NCBI GenBank assembly: GCA_014444615.1
Contig: PVXE01000015.1
Location: 12,124-76,123 of the forward strand
Origin: Tagaea sp. CACIAM 22H2
GTDB lineage: Bacteria; Pseudomonadota; Alphaproteobacteria; CACIAM-22H2
DNA length: 64,000 bases
Direction: 5' to 3'
Part shown: positions 8,782 through 18,616 of the stretch, piece after piece
Layout of the letters: each line of letters begins with the position of its first letter
How positions within the stretch are numbered: position 1 is the first letter of the stretch
Notes under the pieces: model-generated
Database searches by the model: none
Told to the model about the DNA's origin: nothing
The model's input: only the letters and a program-made list of their open reading frames with translations
Made by a program: the position numbers and the translations under genes

Positions 8782-8917
8782 CGGCCTTCTCCGGCCGTAA
8801 CCATCGCAACTCGCTTGCCAGTCCGGTTGTTTACCAAGTCTTTGATTTTATAGGGCTGTTCCGGGCCAGATCGCCGTGCCGCTGCAAATCGCGACACGAA
8901 ACGCAACGGGTTTCGCG

Positions 8918-10330
8918 TCAGGCGCGCTCGCGGCCTTCCCAGAGCTGCTTTTTGCGATAAATGGTGGACGCGTCGATCTCAAGGAACGCCGCGGCCCGGC
9001 GCACATTGCCTCCGCAAGCGGCGATCGCCGCTTCGATGGCGTCGCGCTCGATCCGCCACATCGGCCGCAACGGCGAACCCGGCGCGCCGGGGGTCACGTC
9101 GTAGGAAGCGTTCGTGTTCGCCGCGGCGGCCAGGCGCGGCATGGCGCCGGGCGCGCGGCCGCGCAGCTTATCGGGCAGCATGCCCGCGTCGATCGCTTCG
9201 GCGTCGTGCAGAACGATCGTGCTGCGCACGGCGTTCTGCAATTCGCGCACGTTGCCGGGCCATGCGTAGCTCGCGAGGATCGATTCCGCCTCCGCCGTAA
9301 AGCCCGTAAAACGCTTGCGCTCCTCGCGCGCGTAGCGCTTCAGCAATTCGTGGGCGATGAGCAGCACATCCCCTTCCCGGTCGCGCAGCGGCGGCAAGGT
9401 GATGGGGATGACGTGCAAGCGATAATACAAATCCTCGCGGAAGCGCCCGGCCGCGACTTCGGCCGCCGGATCGCGGTTCGTGGCGCAGACGATCCGAACG
9501 TCCACGTCCTGCGGCTTCGAATCGCCCACGCGCTGCACAAGCCCCGTTTGCAGGAAGCGCAGCAGCTTGCCCTGCAGGTTCAGATCCATCTCGCAAATTT
9601 CGTCCAGGAACAGCGTGCCGCGATGCGCCTGCAACGCCGCACCCGCGCGATCCGCGGTGGCGCCGGTGAAGGCGCCCTTCACATGGCCGAAAATCTCGCT
9701 TTCCAGCAGGTCTTTCGGGATCGCCGCGCAGTTGAGCGCGACGAAGGGCGCTTTGGCGCGCGGACTGCGCTTGTGGATCGCCTCGGCGCAGACCTCCTTG
9801 CCCGTGCCGCTTTCGCCGGTGACGAAAACGGTCGCCTTGCTTTGGGCGGCCGAATCGATGATGCGATAGACCGCCTGCATGGGCAGCGACGCGCCGACGA
9901 AGCCGTAATAACGGTCGCGGCCGAATTCCTCGCGCATCTCCACGACGGCGTCGGCGAGCTTGCGCCGCTCCAGCGCGTTGCGCAACGTGACCGTCAGGCG
10001 GTCGCGGTCGAACGGCTTGACCAGGAAATCGTACGCGCCTTCGCGCATCGCCTCGACCGCGAGTTTCATCGAGCCCGAAACGGTGACGACGACCGCCTCG
10101 GTCGGCAATCCCTTGGCGCGGATCTCCTTCAGAAGATCGATGCCGCTGCCGTCGGGCAGGCCCACGTCGATCACCACGGCGTCGGGCACGCGCGCTTCCA
10201 TCCGCGTGCGCGCCTGGGCAAGCGAGCCCGCGATCGCCACGTCCCACGCTTCGTCGCGCAGATATTCCTCGTACAGCACCGCCATCGGCAGCGTGTCCTC
10301 GACGATCAAAACGTGACGCTTGGCGCCCAT
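8918..10330 (-). CDS. Sigma54-dependent response regulator (NtrC/LuxO-like enhancer-binding protein)
   Basis: MGAKRHVLIVEDT... REC domain, then an AAA+ domain with Walker A GESGTGKE and GAFTGA (HVKGAFTGA), then a C-terminal Fis-type HTH (NVRRAAAFLEIDASTIYRK). The first 168 aa of track ORF 8918..10834 overlap the kinase gene and were dropped. Confidence 0.9.
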   Translation of the reverse strand: MGAKRHVLIVEDTLPMAVLYEEYLRDEAWDVAIAGSLAQARTRMEARVPDAVVIDVGLPDGSGIDLLKEIRAKGLPTEAVVVTVSGSMKLAVEAMREGAYDFLVKPFDRDRLTVTLRNALERRKLADAVVEMREEFGRDRYYGFVGASLPMQAVYRIIDSAAQSKATVFVTGESGTGKEVCAEAIHKRSPRAKAPFVALNCAAIPKDLLESEIFGHVKGAFTGATADRAGAALQAHRGTLFLDEICEMDLNLQGKLLRFLQTGLVQRVGDSKPQDVDVRIVCATNRDPAAEVAAGRFREDLYYRLHVIPITLPPLRDREGDVLLIAHELLKRYAREERKRFTGFTAEAESILASYAWPGNVRELQNAVRSTIVLHDAEAIDAGMLPDKLRGRAPGAMPRLAAAANTNASYDVTPGAPGSPLRPMWRIERDAIEAAIAACGGNVRRAAAFLEIDASTIYRKKQLWEGRERA

Positions 10331-10340
10331 GATACGGCTC

Positions 10341-12860
10341 CTATTCCGCGATCGACGCGACGGATTCGCGCGCCGCAATCTGCTCGGCCGACCGCGCGAA
10401 CGCCGTTTCGAGTTCGTCCATTTTCTCCGCCATCGTTGCCGCATCATAGCGCGTCGCATCCGCTTCGAACGCGGCCGCGATTCGCCCCAGTTGCAACGCG
10501 CCAACCGAGAGCGCGGAGCCTTTGATCGCGTGCGCCTCGCGCGCCGCGAGCCCCGCGCTTTCCGGCGACATTCCGCGCATCCGCGCGAGGCGCGCACGGA
10601 CATCTTTGGCGAACAGCGCCGCAACCTTGCGCGTCGCTTCCGCGCCGATCTGCGTTTCGATCTCGTCCATGACGCGCGGATCGAACTCGACGGCCGGATC
10701 GGAACCTGCGGACATCGTCCCGGCCGCCGCCGGCGCGGCGTCCGTGTTCCCGGAGTCGTTCGCATGGCGCTGGATCGCGGCGGCCAGCGCCGCCGGATCG
10801 AAAGGCTTGGCCAGAAAACCGTCCATGCCGGCATCGCGGCATTGGCGTTCGTCCTGCGCGAAGGCGTTGGCGGTTAGCGCCACGATCGGCGTGGCGCGCG
10901 CCGGCCCGACAAGATTGCGGATGCGGCGCGTCGCTTCCAGCCCGTCCATCTCGGGCATCTGCACGTCCATCAGGATCAGGTCGTAGGGCAAAGCAGCAGC
11001 AGCCTCCACCGCCTCGCGTCCATTGTTCACGGTGTCGACGCGGTGACCCATCCGGTCGAGATACGACGTCGCGATCAACTGATTGGACAGGTTATCCTCG
11101 GCGAGCAGGATGCGCAGCCGGCGGCCCCGTGTCGGCGTGATCGGCGCGGCCGCCGGTCCCGGCTGGCGCAAGGTCATCGGCAATTCGATCGCGAAGGTGA
11201 AGACCGAGCCGATGCCGGGTTCGCTGGTCACGGCGATCGTTCCGCCCATGCGTTCGGCCAGAACTCGGCAGATCGAAAGCCCCAGCCCGGTGCCGCCGAA
11301 TTTCCGCGCCGTCGATTTGTCGAGCTGGGAGAACTCGCGGAACATTTCCGGCAAGCGGGATGCCGGGATACCTACGCCGGTATCTTCGACCTTCAATTCC
11401 ACACCCGCGCGACCGCCCGCCACCGGACGCACGCGCGCACGCAACGTGACCTCGCCCACCGCCGTGAATTTGATCGCGTTGGACAGAAGGTTGTTGGCGA
11501 TCTGGCGCAACCGTGCGGGATCGCCGATCAGCACCGCACCCTCCGGAATGTCGGCATCCAATCGATAGCGCAGCCCCTTGGCTTCGGCGCGCGGGCGCAT
11601 CAATTCGAAAGTGCGGTTCAGCATTTGACGGAAATCGAACTCCACCGCCTCGATGTCCATCTTGCCGGCCTCGAGCTTCGAGAAGTCGAGCACATCGTTC
11701 AGAATCTGCGTCAGCAGCTGCGAAGTATCGCGCAGCACATCGACGAATTTGCGCTGCTCGCGCGGCAGGTCCATATCGGCCAGCAGTCCCGCGACGCCGA
11801 CGATGCCATTGAGCGGCGTGCGGATCTCGTGACTCATCATCGCAAGAAACCGCGACTTCGCCTCGCTGGCGGCTTCGGCGTGCGACCGCGCGCTTTCCGC
11901 GCGGCGCATCTGGCGATCCAAGACCGTCGCGAATGTCAGGATCAGTAACGTGAACAGCGTCGCGGCGCCAAAATCGGTGAACGCGCGGAACCGCAGGCCG
12001 GCATAAACTTCGTTTTCGGCGAAACCGACGCTGACGAACATCGGCACACCCGAAACGGCGCGATAGCCTTCGACGCGGCGGAGCCCATCCGTCGCGCTGG
12101 GCCCGGTCCAGACGCCGGTCGGCTCGGTCCGCGCGAGACGGACGAACGGATGCTCGGCGAAATCGCGCTCGAGCATGCCGGCCGTGACGCCCGTACGCGA
12201 GCGCAGGCGCCCGTCGAAACCGAAGATCGCGCTGACGGCGCCCGAATTATCGCCGAGCACTTTCGCCAAGCCGCCAAAATCATACGCGTCGACGGATGCG
12301 ACCAGCACGCCCGCAAACTCGCCGTTCGGGCCGTCGACGCGCCGCGTGAGCTGGACGGACCAGCGTTGCGACACGCGCCCAAAGACCGGCTTGCTGATGA
12401 ACAGGCCCGCCGTGCCGTCGGCATGGACCAGAAAATGTTCGCGGTCGGCGATGCTGACAGGCGTCGGCGCGAGAGGCAGATTGGACTGCAGGATCACGCC
12501 ATCGGCGCCCGCGAAGGCGAACTGCACGATATCGTCGATCGGAATCGCTTTGCGGCGCACGAGTTCGTCGATCGACGCATTCACCGGGTCGCGTTCGAAA
12601 ACGAATTTGGCCGTGCGCAGCGCTTGGTCGATCCGGCCAATGAAGTTGGCGGATTGCTCGGCCAGGGCTAACGCCAACGTGCGCGCTTCGCTTTCCGCCT
12701 GATAGCGGGTGCTGGTATGCGCCGAGGTCTGCACGGCCAGGGCGATCGCCCAGACGCCGGCGACGAACAACGCGACGGCAGCCCACGCGATCGGCGGCAA
12801 ACCACCCGGGCGGCGGGCTTCGTTCGGACCTTCGGCGGCGGTCAGGGTGCGCATCGGCAT
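10341..12860 (-). CDS. Hybrid sensor histidine kinase: dCache-like periplasmic domain, HisKA, HATPase, REC, C-terminal Hpt
   Basis: 839 aa. Two TM segments flank a Cache-like segment ([28 protein letters not shown]). H-box [24 protein letters not shown]...[10 protein letters not shown]. Hpt [19 protein letters not shown] sits directly against ATG 12860, so ATG 12854 may be the real start. Confidence 0.9.
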   Translation of the reverse strand: MPMRTLTAAEGPNEARRPGGLPPIAWAAVALFVAGVWAIALAVQTSAHTSTRYQAESEARTLALALAEQSANFIGRIDQALRTAKFVFERDPVNASIDELVRRKAIPIDDIVQFAFAGADGVILQSNLPLAPTPVSIADREHFLVHADGTAGLFISKPVFGRVSQRWSVQLTRRVDGPNGEFAGVLVASVDAYDFGGLAKVLGDNSGAVSAIFGFDGRLRSRTGVTAGMLERDFAEHPFVRLARTEPTGVWTGPSATDGLRRVEGYRAVSGVPMFVSVGFAENEVYAGLRFRAFTDFGAATLFTLLILTFATVLDRQMRRAESARSHAEAASEAKSRFLAMMSHEIRTPLNGIVGVAGLLADMDLPREQRKFVDVLRDTSQLLTQILNDVLDFSKLEAGKMDIEAVEFDFRQMLNRTFELMRPRAEAKGLRYRLDADIPEGAVLIGDPARLRQIANNLLSNAIKFTAVGEVTLRARVRPVAGGRAGVELKVEDTGVGIPASRLPEMFREFSQLDKSTARKFGGTGLGLSICRVLAERMGGTIAVTSEPGIGSVFTFAIELPMTLRQPGPAAAPITPTRGRRLRILLAEDNLSNQLIATSYLDRMGHRVDTVNNGREAVEAAAALPYDLILMDVQMPEMDGLEATRRIRNLVGPARATPIVALTANAFAQDERQCRDAGMDGFLAKPFDPAALAAAIQRHANDSGNTDAAPAAAGTMSAGSDPAVEFDPRVMDEIETQIGAEATRKVAALFAKDVRARLARMRGMSPESAGLAAREAHAIKGSALSVGALQLGRIAAAFEADATRYDAATMAEKMDELETAFARSAEQIAARESVASIAE

Positions 12861-12930
12861 CTCCTCTTCCGCCTAAATACATTCGCGGGCTTAACCGGTT
12901 CTGAAAAGCGCAACCGCAATTCGCAACGCC

Positions 12931-12949
12931 GTGTCGCCGATTGCGACAC
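12931..12949. promoter_or_regulatory. Perfect 7-bp inverted repeat, candidate enhancer (UAS) for the sigma54 promoter
   Basis: GTGTCGC-CGATT-GCGACAC (TGT-N11-ACA core). It lies about 85-100 bp upstream of the -24/-12 element at 13034. Confidence 0.3.
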
Positions 12950-13033
12950 GGATCGCGGCGCCGTCGCGTACTGCCACGCACCGCCGCTCCGAAAAACCGA
13001 ACGATTCCAGCGCGACGATGCCGCGGCGGCACT

Positions 13034-13048
13034 TGGCGCGGCAGTTGC
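13034..13048 (+). promoter_or_regulatory. Sigma54 (-24/-12) promoter upstream of flagellin
   Basis: TGGCGC-GGCAG-TTGC matches TGGCAC-N5-TTGC with exact spacing. It lies 87 nt upstream of the flagellin ATG. Confidence 0.55.
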
Positions 13049-13134
13049 GGAACAGGGGATTGCGGATGCGGCGCTGCTCAACGCGCGGCAGGACCGCAAA
13101 ACTGAATATCGCACTCCAGAAGGGAGTAGGGACC

Positions 13135-13953
13135 ATGTCGCTTTCGGTGAACACCAATATGGGCGCGATGCGCGCCCTCGCCAGCCTGCGCACGACCGGC
13201 GAGACGCTCGGCGTCTATTCGAAACAACTCCAGACCGGTTATCGCGTCGCCGATGCGATGGACGACGCGTCGACCTTCTCGGTCGCGCAAGGAATCCGCG
13301 CCAATCTGCAGGCCTACTCGGCGGTGCAGAATTCGCTGGCAGGCGGCGTCGGCATGGGCTCCGTGACGCAATCGTCGCTCAGCAACATCTCCGATCTCGT
13401 CGGCAACATGCAGGCGAAGCTGACGCAGCTCGCCGACGGATCGATCGGCGCGTCGCAGCGCACGATCTACGCCGCCGACTTCAACGCGATGACCAGCCAG
13501 GTTTCGACCTTCATCGCGATGGCGAACTACAACGGCGTGAATCTTCTGTCGAACGCGTCGGCCGCGCGCACCTTCATGGCCGATACCAGCGGCACGACGC
13601 TGACCATGGCGTCGCAGTCGGGCGTTTCGGCCGCCTTCACGACCTTTGCGACGTCCAGCGTGTCGTCGGCGACGGCGGCGACGGCCGCCCTCACCTCGCT
13701 GACCACGTTCCAGACGGCGGTCGGCACGGCGATCGGCCAGAACGCGACGGATACGCGTTCGCTGCAATTGCAGTCGAAATTCGTCGACGCGATTTCAGAC
13801 GCGACGACGACCGGCCTCGGCCAGATGATCGACGCGGATATCGGCAAGGCCGCAGCGCAAGTGCAGTCGCAGCAGGTCCGCCAGCAATTGGCGGTGCAGC
13901 AGCTGTCGATGGCCAACCAGCAGCCGGCCATCCTGCTTTCGTTGATGCGCTAG
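13135..13953 (+). CDS. Flagellin (short alphaproteobacterial type)
   Basis: MSLSVNTNMGAMRALASLRTTGETL... N-terminal D0/D1 segment and the C-terminal QVRQQLAVQQLSMANQQPAILLSLMR. GGGAG sits about 9 nt upstream of ATG 13135. The track ORF start at 12931 adds an implausible Arg-rich extension. Confidence 0.9.
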   Translation: MSLSVNTNMGAMRALASLRTTGETLGVYSKQLQTGYRVADAMDDASTFSVAQGIRANLQAYSAVQNSLAGGVGMGSVTQSSLSNISDLVGNMQAKLTQLADGSIGASQRTIYAADFNAMTSQVSTFIAMANYNGVNLLSNASAARTFMADTSGTTLTMASQSGVSAAFTTFATSSVSSATAATAALTSLTTFQTAVGTAIGQNATDTRSLQLQSKFVDAISDATTTGLGQMIDADIGKAAAQVQSQQVRQQLAVQQLSMANQQPAILLSLMR

Positions 13954-13976
13954 GAACAGGGGCGCGCATAGCGGGT

Positions 13977-14018
13977 CCGGCGCGGATTTTCGGCCGAAAA
14001 GCCGTCCGTCCGCGCCGG
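13977..14018. terminator. Hairpin between convergent flagellin and XRE genes
   Basis: CCGGCGCGGA (13977-13986) pairs perfectly with TCCGCGCCGG (14009-14018). The loop contains an inner palindrome, TTTTCGGCCGAAAA. Confidence 0.5.
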
Positions 14019-14028
14019 CACTCGCGCG

Positions 14029-14535
14029 TCAGCGCGCTTTCTTCGGCGGCCGGCCGCGTCGCGGCCGGTCGTGGATCGGCGAGCCGCCGTCGGTGCGGGC
14101 AAGCGCGCGCATCGTGCCGACGATCTGCTGGCGAACCTTACGGTCGCGGATGCCGTAATAGGCGCCGACCATGTCGAGCGTCTCGCGCTTCAGCGCGGGA
14201 TCGTCGATCTGCGACGGCAGCGGATGCGTGACGGCGGAAGCCACCGCTTTGCGCTTCGCCGAGTCGAACTCCGCCGACAAGCCTTCGAAGAAATATCCGA
14301 CCGGCACGTCGAGCGCGCGGGCGGTTTCATAGAGACGCGACGCGGACAGACGGTTGACGCCGCGTTCGTTCTTCTGCAACTGCTGGAACGTGATGCCGAT
14401 CAATCGGCCAAGCTCCTGTTGCGACATGTTCAGTTCGATACGCCGCGCCTTAACCCGTTCGCCGACATGCACGTCCACGTCCGAGGGGCCGCCCTTCGTC
14501 CGCCGGCCGGCCCGCTTCGTCGATTTCGCCGCCAC
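14029..14535 (-). CDS. XRE-family helix-turn-helix transcriptional regulator
   Basis: HVGERVKARRIELNMSQQELGRLIGITFQQLQKNERGVNRLSASRLYETA is a classic Cro/C1 HTH. GTG 14535 is preceded by AGGAGG with a 5-nt spacer. The upstream part of track ORF 14029..14697 looks non-coding. Confidence 0.8.
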   Translation of the reverse strand: MAAKSTKRAGRRTKGGPSDVDVHVGERVKARRIELNMSQQELGRLIGITFQQLQKNERGVNRLSASRLYETARALDVPVGYFFEGLSAEFDSAKRKAVASAVTHPLPSQIDDPALKRETLDMVGAYYGIRDRKVRQQIVGTMRALARTDGGSPIHDRPRRGRPPKKAR

Positions 14536-14794
14536 TTCGTCCTCCTGATCGCGCTGATTACTACGATTGTACGCGAAAGCGGCGCATTCTACGCGACGCC
14601 GACGGCACGTCAAATATTGTACGCACAAAATAGCGAATAACGCCTTCCACGCGAGAATTTGTAAATCTGATCGCGAGCGTTTTATGGCGGCGCGCATGGC
14701 TGTATCGATTTAGACGCGCCGCGCGGCGCCGCTTCCGTTGTTTCGTGTCCTCTTTCGTTCCTTGCAATGCCCAGAAATGCCGCGCGCCGCGCGT

Positions 14795-16324
14795 TCAGAT
14801 GCCCAGCGCCGCGAAAAATTCTGCCGCAGCCATGCGTAGCGCCTTGCGTTCCGCCGGCTGCATCGCGAGAAGCGCGCGATAGGGCATCGCGAGTCGGGGA
14901 TTGCGCGTGAGTTTGGATTCGTTCTCGATCAAAAAATTCCAGTAGAGGAAATTGAACGGACAAGCGCCCTCGCCCGTGCGCTTGCGCCGATCATGAGCGC
15001 ACTTCCCGCAGTAATCCGACATGCGATCGATATAGGCGCCCGACGCGGCATAGGGTTTGGAACCCAGCACGCCGCCATCAGCATGCAGCACCATACCGTG
15101 GACGTTCGGCAGCTCGACCCATTCATAGGCGTCGGCATAGACGATCAGATACCATTCTTCGATTTCGGCCGGTGCGACGCCCGCAAGCAGCGCGAAATTG
15201 CCCGCGACCATCAAACGCTGGATGTGATGCGCATAGGCGGTGCGGCGCGTGACGCCGATGGTTTCGCGCAAACAATTCATTTTCGTTTCGCCGGTCCAGA
15301 AGAAATCGGGCAGCCGGCGCGTCGCATCGAGGAAGTTCGTCGCGGCGTAATCGGGCATGCGCGTCCAATAGATGCCGCGCACGAATTCGCGCCAGCCCAG
15401 GATTTGCCGCAAAAACCCCTCGACGGCGTTGAGCGGCGCCGTGCCGTCGCGCCAAGCGTTGACGGCCGCATCGCACACTTCGCGCGCGGTCAACAGTCCG
15501 GCATTGAGATAGGGGGAGATCGCGGCGTGATAGATGAAATCCTCGCCCGATTTCATCGCGTCTTGATAGTCGCCGAACAGATGCAAGCGCTCGGCGACGA
15601 ATTCGCGCAAGGCCGCCAGCGCGCCCTCGCGCGTCGTCGCCCAAACGAAGGGCTCAAGATCGCCGAAATGATCGCCGAACTGCGCGGCGACCAGATCGAG
15701 CACCGCGCGCAGTTCCGGCCCGGCCGCCGGGCGCCGCCGTACGGCGACGCGATGGCCGCGCGGCAAGGCCTTGCGATTCTGGGAATCGAAGTTCCACGTC
15801 GCGCCCGCGGGCGCGTCGCCTTGCATCAAGTAACCCGTCTTGCGCCGCATCTCCCGGTAGAAGAATTCCATCCGCATAGATTTACGGTCTTTCGCCCAGG
15901 CGGCGAATTCGGCGCGCGAACAGAAGAAACGGTCGTCGTCGCGGATCTCGACCGGCAAACCGCTCATGCCCGCCCAAGCGCGCATCATGTCGAGAACCCG
16001 GTACTCGCCGGGCTCGGTCGCGACGATCCGCGCGGGCTTATGCCGCGCGATCGCGCGCTTCAATTCGCCGGTGAAGCTCTGCGTGTTCGCGGGATCGTCG
16101 AGCTTCACGTAATCGACGCGGATTCCTTCCTTTTCCAGCGCCTTGGCGAATCCCCGCATCGCCGCCAGCACGAAGGCGATTTTCTGCTTGTGATGCCGGA
16201 CATAAGTCGCCTCTTCGACGACTTCGGCCATCAATACGACGTCGCGCGCAGGATCGAGATCGCGCAGCGACGCGACATTGCGGGTCAATTGGTCGCCCAG
16301 GACGAAACGGAGGGTCTGGATCAT
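14795..16324 (-). CDS. Cryptochrome/photolyase family protein, FeS-BCP type (PhrB/CryB-like, probable (6-4) photolyase)
   Basis: MIQTLRFVLGDQL...HHKQKIAFVLAAMR... The C-terminal Cys set NC...YCGKC-X12-C has the C-X2-C-X12-C spacing that I recall for the PhrB 4Fe-4S ligands. ATG 16324 is preferred over 16390. Confidence 0.8.
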   Translation of the reverse strand: MIQTLRFVLGDQLTRNVASLRDLDPARDVVLMAEVVEEATYVRHHKQKIAFVLAAMRGFAKALEKEGIRVDYVKLDDPANTQSFTGELKRAIARHKPARIVATEPGEYRVLDMMRAWAGMSGLPVEIRDDDRFFCSRAEFAAWAKDRKSMRMEFFYREMRRKTGYLMQGDAPAGATWNFDSQNRKALPRGHRVAVRRRPAAGPELRAVLDLVAAQFGDHFGDLEPFVWATTREGALAALREFVAERLHLFGDYQDAMKSGEDFIYHAAISPYLNAGLLTAREVCDAAVNAWRDGTAPLNAVEGFLRQILGWREFVRGIYWTRMPDYAATNFLDATRRLPDFFWTGETKMNCLRETIGVTRRTAYAHHIQRLMVAGNFALLAGVAPAEIEEWYLIVYADAYEWVELPNVHGMVLHADGGVLGSKPYAASGAYIDRMSDYCGKCAHDRRKRTGEGACPFNFLYWNFLIENESKLTRNPRLAMPYRALLAMQPAERKALRMAAAEFFAALGI

Positions 16325-16395
16325 CGGAACCGGCGGGTTGTAGAAGGACGTTTCGCGTATCGTTACGCCCGGCCGGCGCCGCCGGTTCATTTCGG

Positions 16396-17139
16396 ATGGG
16401 AATCGTGGTGAACGCTGCGAAAGTCACGCTTTCGACGATCGGCCGGACCGCGGCGCAAGCCACGGGACCGCTGTGCGTGTTCGCGCGGTTCGAGAACTCG
16501 CTTTATGCGCGGGATTCGGCGGGCCGGATCGTCTGCGTGGTCGCGGCGGGTCTGGGCGACGGAACGTTGCAGGCGCGCCTGCCGGGGGCGCTGCCCGATC
16601 TGCCCGATAGCATCGCGCTCGCAGCCGCGCCGATTTGGACGCCACCGCCCCTTCCCGAATGGCGCAACGCCGATCTCGCGGCCGGGCTGGCGCGCGCAAC
16701 GGCGACGCGACCGGCGAGACCGCAAGGCGTGGGGGACGCAGCTTTGGCCGCCGGTCTTTCAGCGCTGAACCGATGGGCCAGCGGGACGGAAACGCTCGAA
16801 TCGTGTCGCGACCTGATCGGACTTGGACCGGGCTTGACGCCGTCGGGCGACGACGCGCTGGGCGGTGCCGCGATATCGCTGCGCGCTTTCGGCCGGGCGA
16901 TGCTGGCGGGCGAACTTGGCGCGTTCATCCGCAAGCACGCGCCGAATCGTACAAGCGCCATTTCATGCGCGCATCTGCACGCCGCCGCCGACGGCGAAGG
17001 CTCGGCCGCATTCCACGACGCGTTGCGCGATCTGGTGACGAATGGCGATTTCACGTCGCTCGCCCGGATCGGCGCGTCGTCGGGCTGGGACGCGATGGAC
17101 GGCGCAATCGCCGTCCTATCGCCTATCGCCCGGCGATAG
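16396..17139 (+). CDS. DUF2877 (YlbF/AllH-like) protein
   Basis: 247 aa with LIGLGPGLTPSGDDALGG and a C-terminal GASSGWD. I associate these with DUF2877, the partner of FdrA and DUF1116. Confidence 0.6.
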   Translation: MGIVVNAAKVTLSTIGRTAAQATGPLCVFARFENSLYARDSAGRIVCVVAAGLGDGTLQARLPGALPDLPDSIALAAAPIWTPPPLPEWRNADLAAGLARATATRPARPQGVGDAALAAGLSALNRWASGTETLESCRDLIGLGPGLTPSGDDALGGAAISLRAFGRAMLAGELGAFIRKHAPNRTSAISCAHLHAAADGEGSAAFHDALRDLVTNGDFTSLARIGASSGWDAMDGAIAVLSPIARR

Positions 17140-18616
17140 CGACCGCGAGGCGCGCGGCCGCCGCATTCGACGGCGCCACCACAATCCCGGCTTCCGCCAG
17201 CGTGCGCACTTGTGCCGCGCGATTCTGCGCGTCGAGATCGGTACCGGTGACGCAGGCGATGACGATCGCGTCGCGCGACTTCGCCGCCGCGACCGCATTG
17301 GCGGCGTGTTCGGCCGGATCGTCGTTCGCACCCGTGCCGATCACGATATCGACGAGGATCGCGGCGACATTCTGATCGTCGAGCCCCGCGACGATACCGG
17401 CGTCGCGCAAAGTCGGGTCGATCATCGGATGCGGCCGGCCCAGCGTGTATTCGTCGGCGCCGTAATCGATCAACACATGCCCGGAAGCGGGTTTGTCTTT
17501 AAGTGCGCCAGGGATCGGTGCGTTCGACCAGAACGCGGCACCAGCCTTGCGCAGAATCGTTTGTGCTTCGGCGCACAGCGTGCCGCCGGAATAAACGCCG
17601 CGCACGAAACGGCGCGATGCGGACAAACGCTTCTTCCATTCGGCGGCGATCGCGGCCGCATCGAACCCGTCGGTCACGGGGGCCGCCGCCAGCGCCGCAG
17701 CTTCTTCCAGCGTCGCGGCGAGACGCGCGTTCTTCGGCATGTCGAGCGCGTCGGCGCCCAGGAAACAGATCACATGCGGCTTGGGGCTTTTGGCCACGCG
17801 TTCCAGCACCGTCTTGGCGACCGATGCGGCGGGCGGCTTCGACACGATCACGATGCGCTTCGTCGCCGGATCGGCGTCGAGCGCGTCGAGTGCGGCCAGC
17901 GTCGTCAACGCGCCGACTTTCTCCGACAGGTCGCGCCCGCCAGTACCAATGCCATGCGACACGCCGAACCCGGCGCGCGCGATCAGCGTGGCGACTTCCT
18001 GCAAACCGGTGCCCGACGCGGCGACGATCCCGATCTCGCCTTGCGGCACGGCATTGGCAAAGGCGAGCGGCACGCCCGCGATCATCGCCGTGCCGCAATC
18101 CGGGCCCATCACCAGCAAGCCTTTGTCGCGCGCGAACAGCTTCAGCGCGCGTTCCTCCTCCACCGGCATGTTGTCGGAGAAGATCATCACGTTGAGACCG
18201 CGCGACAGCGCCTTGCGCGCTTCCGAACCGGCGAAGACGCCGGGCACGGAGATCAACGCGAGATTGGCGCCGCCCAAGGCCGCGATCGCGGCGTCCATCG
18301 AGCGCGGATTGCGAGCACCCTTCGGCCCCGCTTGTTCTTGCGGGCGCGACAGCAATTTGTCCGCGCCGTCGAGGGCGGCCTTCGCTTCGTCGGCCGAACC
18401 CGCGCGCAACGCCACAACCAGATCGTTGGGCCCGGCCTTACGCCCGTCGGCATCGAGCAAGCCCGCCTCGTCGAGGATGCGCAGATTGCTGGGCGTGCCG
18501 ATCATCATCGCGGCACTGGCGACACCCGGCAGCGACGACACCGACTGCGACAAGCGCATCAAAGCGACCGAGTCGAGATAGAAGCCCTTGCGCACGCGAT
18601 TGGCGAGAACGCTCAT
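17123..18616 (-). CDS. fdrA: FdrA-family protein (succinyl-CoA synthetase alpha-like fold)
   Basis: MSVLANRVRKGFYLDSVALMRLS...ALISVPG...MGPDCGTA...ASGTGLQEV...GIGTGGRD. ATG 18616 shares one nt with the upstream TAA. Track ORF 17123..20182 is a run-on in an alternative frame of the neighbouring gene. Confidence 0.8.
   Translation of the reverse strand: MSVLANRVRKGFYLDSVALMRLSQSVSSLPGVASAAMMIGTPSNLRILDEAGLLDADGRKAGPNDLVVALRAGSADEAKAALDGADKLLSRPQEQAGPKGARNPRSMDAAIAALGGANLALISVPGVFAGSEARKALSRGLNVMIFSDNMPVEEERALKLFARDKGLLVMGPDCGTAMIAGVPLAFANAVPQGEIGIVAASGTGLQEVATLIARAGFGVSHGIGTGGRDLSEKVGALTTLAALDALDADPATKRIVIVSKPPAASVAKTVLERVAKSPKPHVICFLGADALDMPKNARLAATLEEAAALAAAPVTDGFDAAAIAAEWKKRLSASRRFVRGVYSGGTLCAEAQTILRKAGAAFWSNAPIPGALKDKPASGHVLIDYGADEYTLGRPHPMIDPTLRDAGIVAGLDDQNVAAILVDIVIGTGANDDPAEHAANAVAAAKSRDAIVIACVTGTDLDAQNRAAQVRTLAEAGIVVAPSNAAAARLAVAIAGR

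Noticed and set aside
8880-8917. Imperfect hairpin GACACGAAAC-GCAACGG-GTTTCGCGTC after the sigma54-activator stop, as a possible terminator
   Set aside because: The stem has a mismatch and no T-tract follows on the minus strand. This is too weak to call.
12889-12903. CtrA-box-like TTAACCGGTTCTGAA upstream of the flagellin
   Set aside because: Only one TTAA half-site is present; the second half is TGAA. The sigma54 element is a much better match for the promoter.
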